Origin: Coriobacteriia bacterium
GTDB lineage: Bacteria > Actinomycetota > Coriobacteriia > WRKU01 > WQUG01
Length of the DNA stretch: 36,797 nt
Reading direction: 5' to 3'
Assembly (NCBI GenBank): GCA_009785705.1
Contig: WQVS01000001.1
Coordinates: forward strand, 72,689-109,485
Shown here: positions 35,113 to 36,797 of the stretch, one piece after another
Layout: each line of letters begins with the position of its first letter
How positions within the stretch are numbered: position 1 is the stretch's first letter
The notes under the pieces: model-generated
What the model was told of the DNA's origin: nothing
The model's input: the letters and a program-made list of their open reading frames with translations, nothing else
The model's database searches: none
Program-made: the position numbers and the translations under genes

Positions 35113-35236
35113 TTAGAGTACACTAGGCGCTATATCTTTGCGTCAAATTTCGAAAAGGGGAAACTCACGTAGTTACTACGCTAGAGTTTCTCCTTCTCTT
35201 ATTTTCCTTAATCTATAACACCTAGAGCACTCTAAA
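35113..35236. repeat. ~123-nt TIR-bounded long-hairpin intergenic element, copy B
   Basis: The arms are TTAGAGTACACTAGG (35113-35127) and CCTAGAGCACTCTAA (35221-35235), which pair at 13 of 15 positions. Copy B shares TAGAG.., CTTTGCGTC, ACGTAG-TT-ACTACGCT and GAGCACTCTAAA blocks with copy A, in the same order and at nearly the same length. It also holds an internal terminator-like hairpin, GGGGAAACTC..GAGTTTCTCC followed by a T-rich run. Confidence 0.6.
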
Positions 35237-35318
35237 TGCATGAGGCTTCCCTCGAGCTTGCCACCTGGGGCACTTAGTGCTGAAGCACTCAAAGTATTAG
35301 AATGTTCAGAATGCTTGC

Positions 35319-35349
35319 AAAAGGAGGGCCCGTAAGGGGCCTCCTTTTT
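35319..35349 (+). terminator. Intrinsic terminator downstream of the liv operon
   Basis: GGAGGGCCC, GUAA loop, GGGGCCTCC (one internal mismatch), followed by TTTTT. Confidence 0.75.
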
Positions 35350-35368
35350 CGTGGGCTATAATGAACTT

Positions 35369-36193
35369 ATGAATAGTTTCTTTTCTTCTAAAGTGTACCT
35401 AGATGGTCTACGTAGAATATGGCTATTAGGGTCAATTTCTAGCGGAGTATTTCTGGTACTCATCATTCTTGCTGAGCTGACATTCACTGACGCTATTCTT
35501 CTATCTTATTTTTATGTGTGGTTTGTTCCCTTTTTGTTGGGCTATAAGGTTTTCAATTTTCTTTGGAAACGTAACCAGTCAGATAAACTGCTTTTACCGG
35601 TTGAAAAATGCAGCAGGATTTGCGGAAGTCACACACTTGCAGTTTTTTCCTGGACTGCGGTAACTCTAGTAATAACTTTCATAGTTCGTGCAATTATATC
35701 TCCGATAGCGTCTTCGGTTATGTATGCCTCACACGGAATATACTTCTTTTCGCTTGGAATGGGCATACTTCCTTCGATGCTACTTCCTGCACTGCTCTTC
35801 AGCGTGAGCGTTGTAGTATTTTCTGCCGCTATTGGCGGTTCGCGTCTCATCAGTTTCTTAGTGTCTTTTTTCATTGTTATTGTTCCGCCATTGCTTAAAG
35901 CAGGATATGTGCAGTTGGCGTTGCAGTTATTTCCTGGTGCTACCGCTAATCAAATTCCCTTGCTGGGACACAATGTTTATTATAGTGTTTTCGATATTAT
36001 CTTTATGGACTACGGGTATGATCCTAATTTCAATTTCGTTCCTTGGCTATTAAGTCAGGCTCAAGATATTGTCTATACGCTTAGTTATGCGATCTTTTTC
36101 TTTTTGGTTGCTGCATGGCTCTTTAATCGCCGTAAATCCGAAATTGCAGGAACCCATAAACTAAATTTGCCCTTTAAGCCGTTCCAGAAGTAG
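35369..36193 (+). CDS. Hypothetical polytopic membrane protein (about 6-7 TM helices)
   Basis: A long ORF rich in Phe/Leu/Ile/Val with repeated hydrophobic spans. I recognise no family. The ORF opens at GTG 35351, directly after the terminator T-run. ATG 35369 is preferred because TATAAT (35357-35362) sits 6 nt upstream and there is no SD. Confidence 0.6.
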   Translation: MNSFFSSKVYLDGLRRIWLLGSISSGVFLVLIILAELTFTDAILLSYFYVWFVPFLLGYKVFNFLWKRNQSDKLLLPVEKCSRICGSHTLAVFSWTAVTLVITFIVRAIISPIASSVMYASHGIYFFSLGMGILPSMLLPALLFSVSVVVFSAAIGGSRLISFLVSFFIVIVPPLLKAGYVQLALQLFPGATANQIPLLGHNVYYSVFDIIFMDYGYDPNFNFVPWLLSQAQDIVYTLSYAIFFFLVAAWLFNRRKSEIAGTHKLNLPFKPFQK

Positions 36194-36245
36194 CATGCCA
36201 GTTGACATCGGTCAATTGGCACCTCAATTCAATTTCCAGATGTAC

Positions 36246-36294
36246 TTGACCTTGCTTACCTAAGTCAACTATACTACTTTACATAAGTAATGTA
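36246..36294 (+). promoter_or_regulatory. Candidate promoter (TTGACC-N18-TATACT) plus palindromic operator for the GntR operon
   Basis: -35 TTGACC at 36246-36251 and -10 TATACT at 36270-36275. The palindrome TACAT-AAGTA-ATGTA at 36280-36294 lies just downstream of the -10, about where transcription would start. Confidence 0.4.
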
Positions 36295-36319
36295 GATATA
36301 TGAAATTGGAGGCACATAA

Positions 36320-36709
36320 GTGCGGGTTGATTTCGACAGCATCAAGCCCATCTACCTTCAAATTGCAGAAGCAATAGAAGATGACATTATCGTGGGTCGC
36401 CTACCTGAAGGTAATCCTGCGTATTCGCAATTAATTCTTTCTAAAGAGCTGGGAGTAAATCCCGCAACAGCCGCTAAAGGTATTAATGTTCTTGTGCAAA
36501 ATGGCACACTTATCAAAGAACGCGGTAAGTCTATGACAGTGGCTGAGGGGGCAAAAGAGAAGCTCATTTCACAGCGACAAAAAAATGGACTGCATTCATT
36601 GGTCGCAGAGCTTGTTACAGAAGCTCAGAAAATTGAATTAAGCAAAGACGATGTAGTGGCGATGATTAATCAATACTATGCTCAAAACGGAAGGGGAACC
36701 GTGTTATGA
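36320..36709 (+). CDS. GntR-family transcriptional regulator, short YtrA-like subfamily
   Basis: 129 aa with the N-terminal winged HTH PIYLQIAEAIEDDIIVGRL..G..PSQLILSKELGVNPATAAKGINVLVQNGTLIKERGKSMTV and a short helical C-terminus. GTG start 8 nt after GGAGG. Confidence 0.88.
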   Translation: MRVDFDSIKPIYLQIAEAIEDDIIVGRLPEGNPAYSQLILSKELGVNPATAAKGINVLVQNGTLIKERGKSMTVAEGAKEKLISQRQKNGLHSLVAELVTEAQKIELSKDDVVAMINQYYAQNGRGTVL

Positions 36710-36797
36710 GCAAAGACAAGAGGGTATACGACGAATCCGCCATCGCGATAAAGGCAGAAGGCCTCTCTAAAAGTTTCGGCAAGAAAAAAGCACTAGA
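36706..36797 (+). CDS. ABC transporter ATP-binding protein, N-terminal fragment (3' end lies outside the window)
   Basis: The ATG overlaps the GntR stop (ATGA). The translation MSKDKRVYDESAIAIKAEGLSKSFGKKKAL has the usual ..L.K.FG.k.AL opening of ABC ATPases, and YtrA-type regulators are typically followed by such an ATPase. Confidence 0.7.
   Translation, partial: MSKDKRVYDESAIAIKAEGLSKSFGKKKAL

Noticed and set aside
35351-36193. Apparent AT-rich composition of the membrane-protein gene as a sign of horizontal transfer
   Set aside because: The bias is explained by its Phe/Ile/Leu/Tyr/Asn-rich membrane-protein composition. No flanking integrase, tRNA, or direct repeats bound the gene, and I could not compute GC.
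1-36797. Search for defence systems, toxin-antitoxin pairs, prophage or integrative elements, transposases, and tRNA/rRNA genes
   Set aside because: Every long ORF is accounted for by housekeeping, cell-wall or transport functions on one strand. I saw no recombinase, nuclease, helicase or methylase signatures and no T-loop (GGTTCGAAT-like) sequences. The only mobile-element-like signal is the pair of non-coding ~122-nt elements reported above.

Overview
Plus-strand, almost gap-free core-genome window from a Gram-positive, actinobacterial-type organism. GC looks intermediate by eye (not computed), and a Coriobacteriia-like lineage is only a guess. Gene order: trmD (3' part), lepB, an isolated rplJ-rplL pair with a leader/attenuator, a MacB/FtsX-type ABC exporter, and a four-gene envelope-glycan module (PGM/PMM, GT4, priming phosphoglycosyl transferase, Wzy_C/O-antigen-ligase-like protein) plus a small membrane protein. 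Next is a complete dcw cluster: mraZ-rsmH-ftsL-like-ftsI-murE-murF-mraY-murD-ftsW-murG-murC-ftsQ-ftsZ, with no ftsA. It is followed by a five-gene LIV-type branched-chain amino-acid ABC importer, a multi-pass membrane protein, and a YtrA-type GntR regulator with the start of its ABC ATPase. Many junctions overlap (TAGTG, TAATG, ATGA, and 7-68 nt overlaps), which suggests translational coupling. I see no integrase, transposase, CRISPR array, tRNA/rRNA, toxin-antitoxin pair or recognisable defence genes, and no convincing novel protein-coding system: the window is mostly ordinary and conserved. The signals worth following are non-coding. (1) Two diverged copies of a ~122-nt element bounded by TA and terminal inverted repeats sit right after the ftsZ and livF stop codons, with a collapsed remnant nearby. 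(2) A perfect 14-bp inverted repeat lies inside the 5' end of ftsI. (3) About eight phased decamers (AAAGTGGGAT-like) upstream of mraZ look like a MraZ operator. (4) Two candidate leaderless transcripts have a TATAAT box 6-7 nt before the ATG. (5) ftsW and murG overlap out of frame by 62-68 nt.
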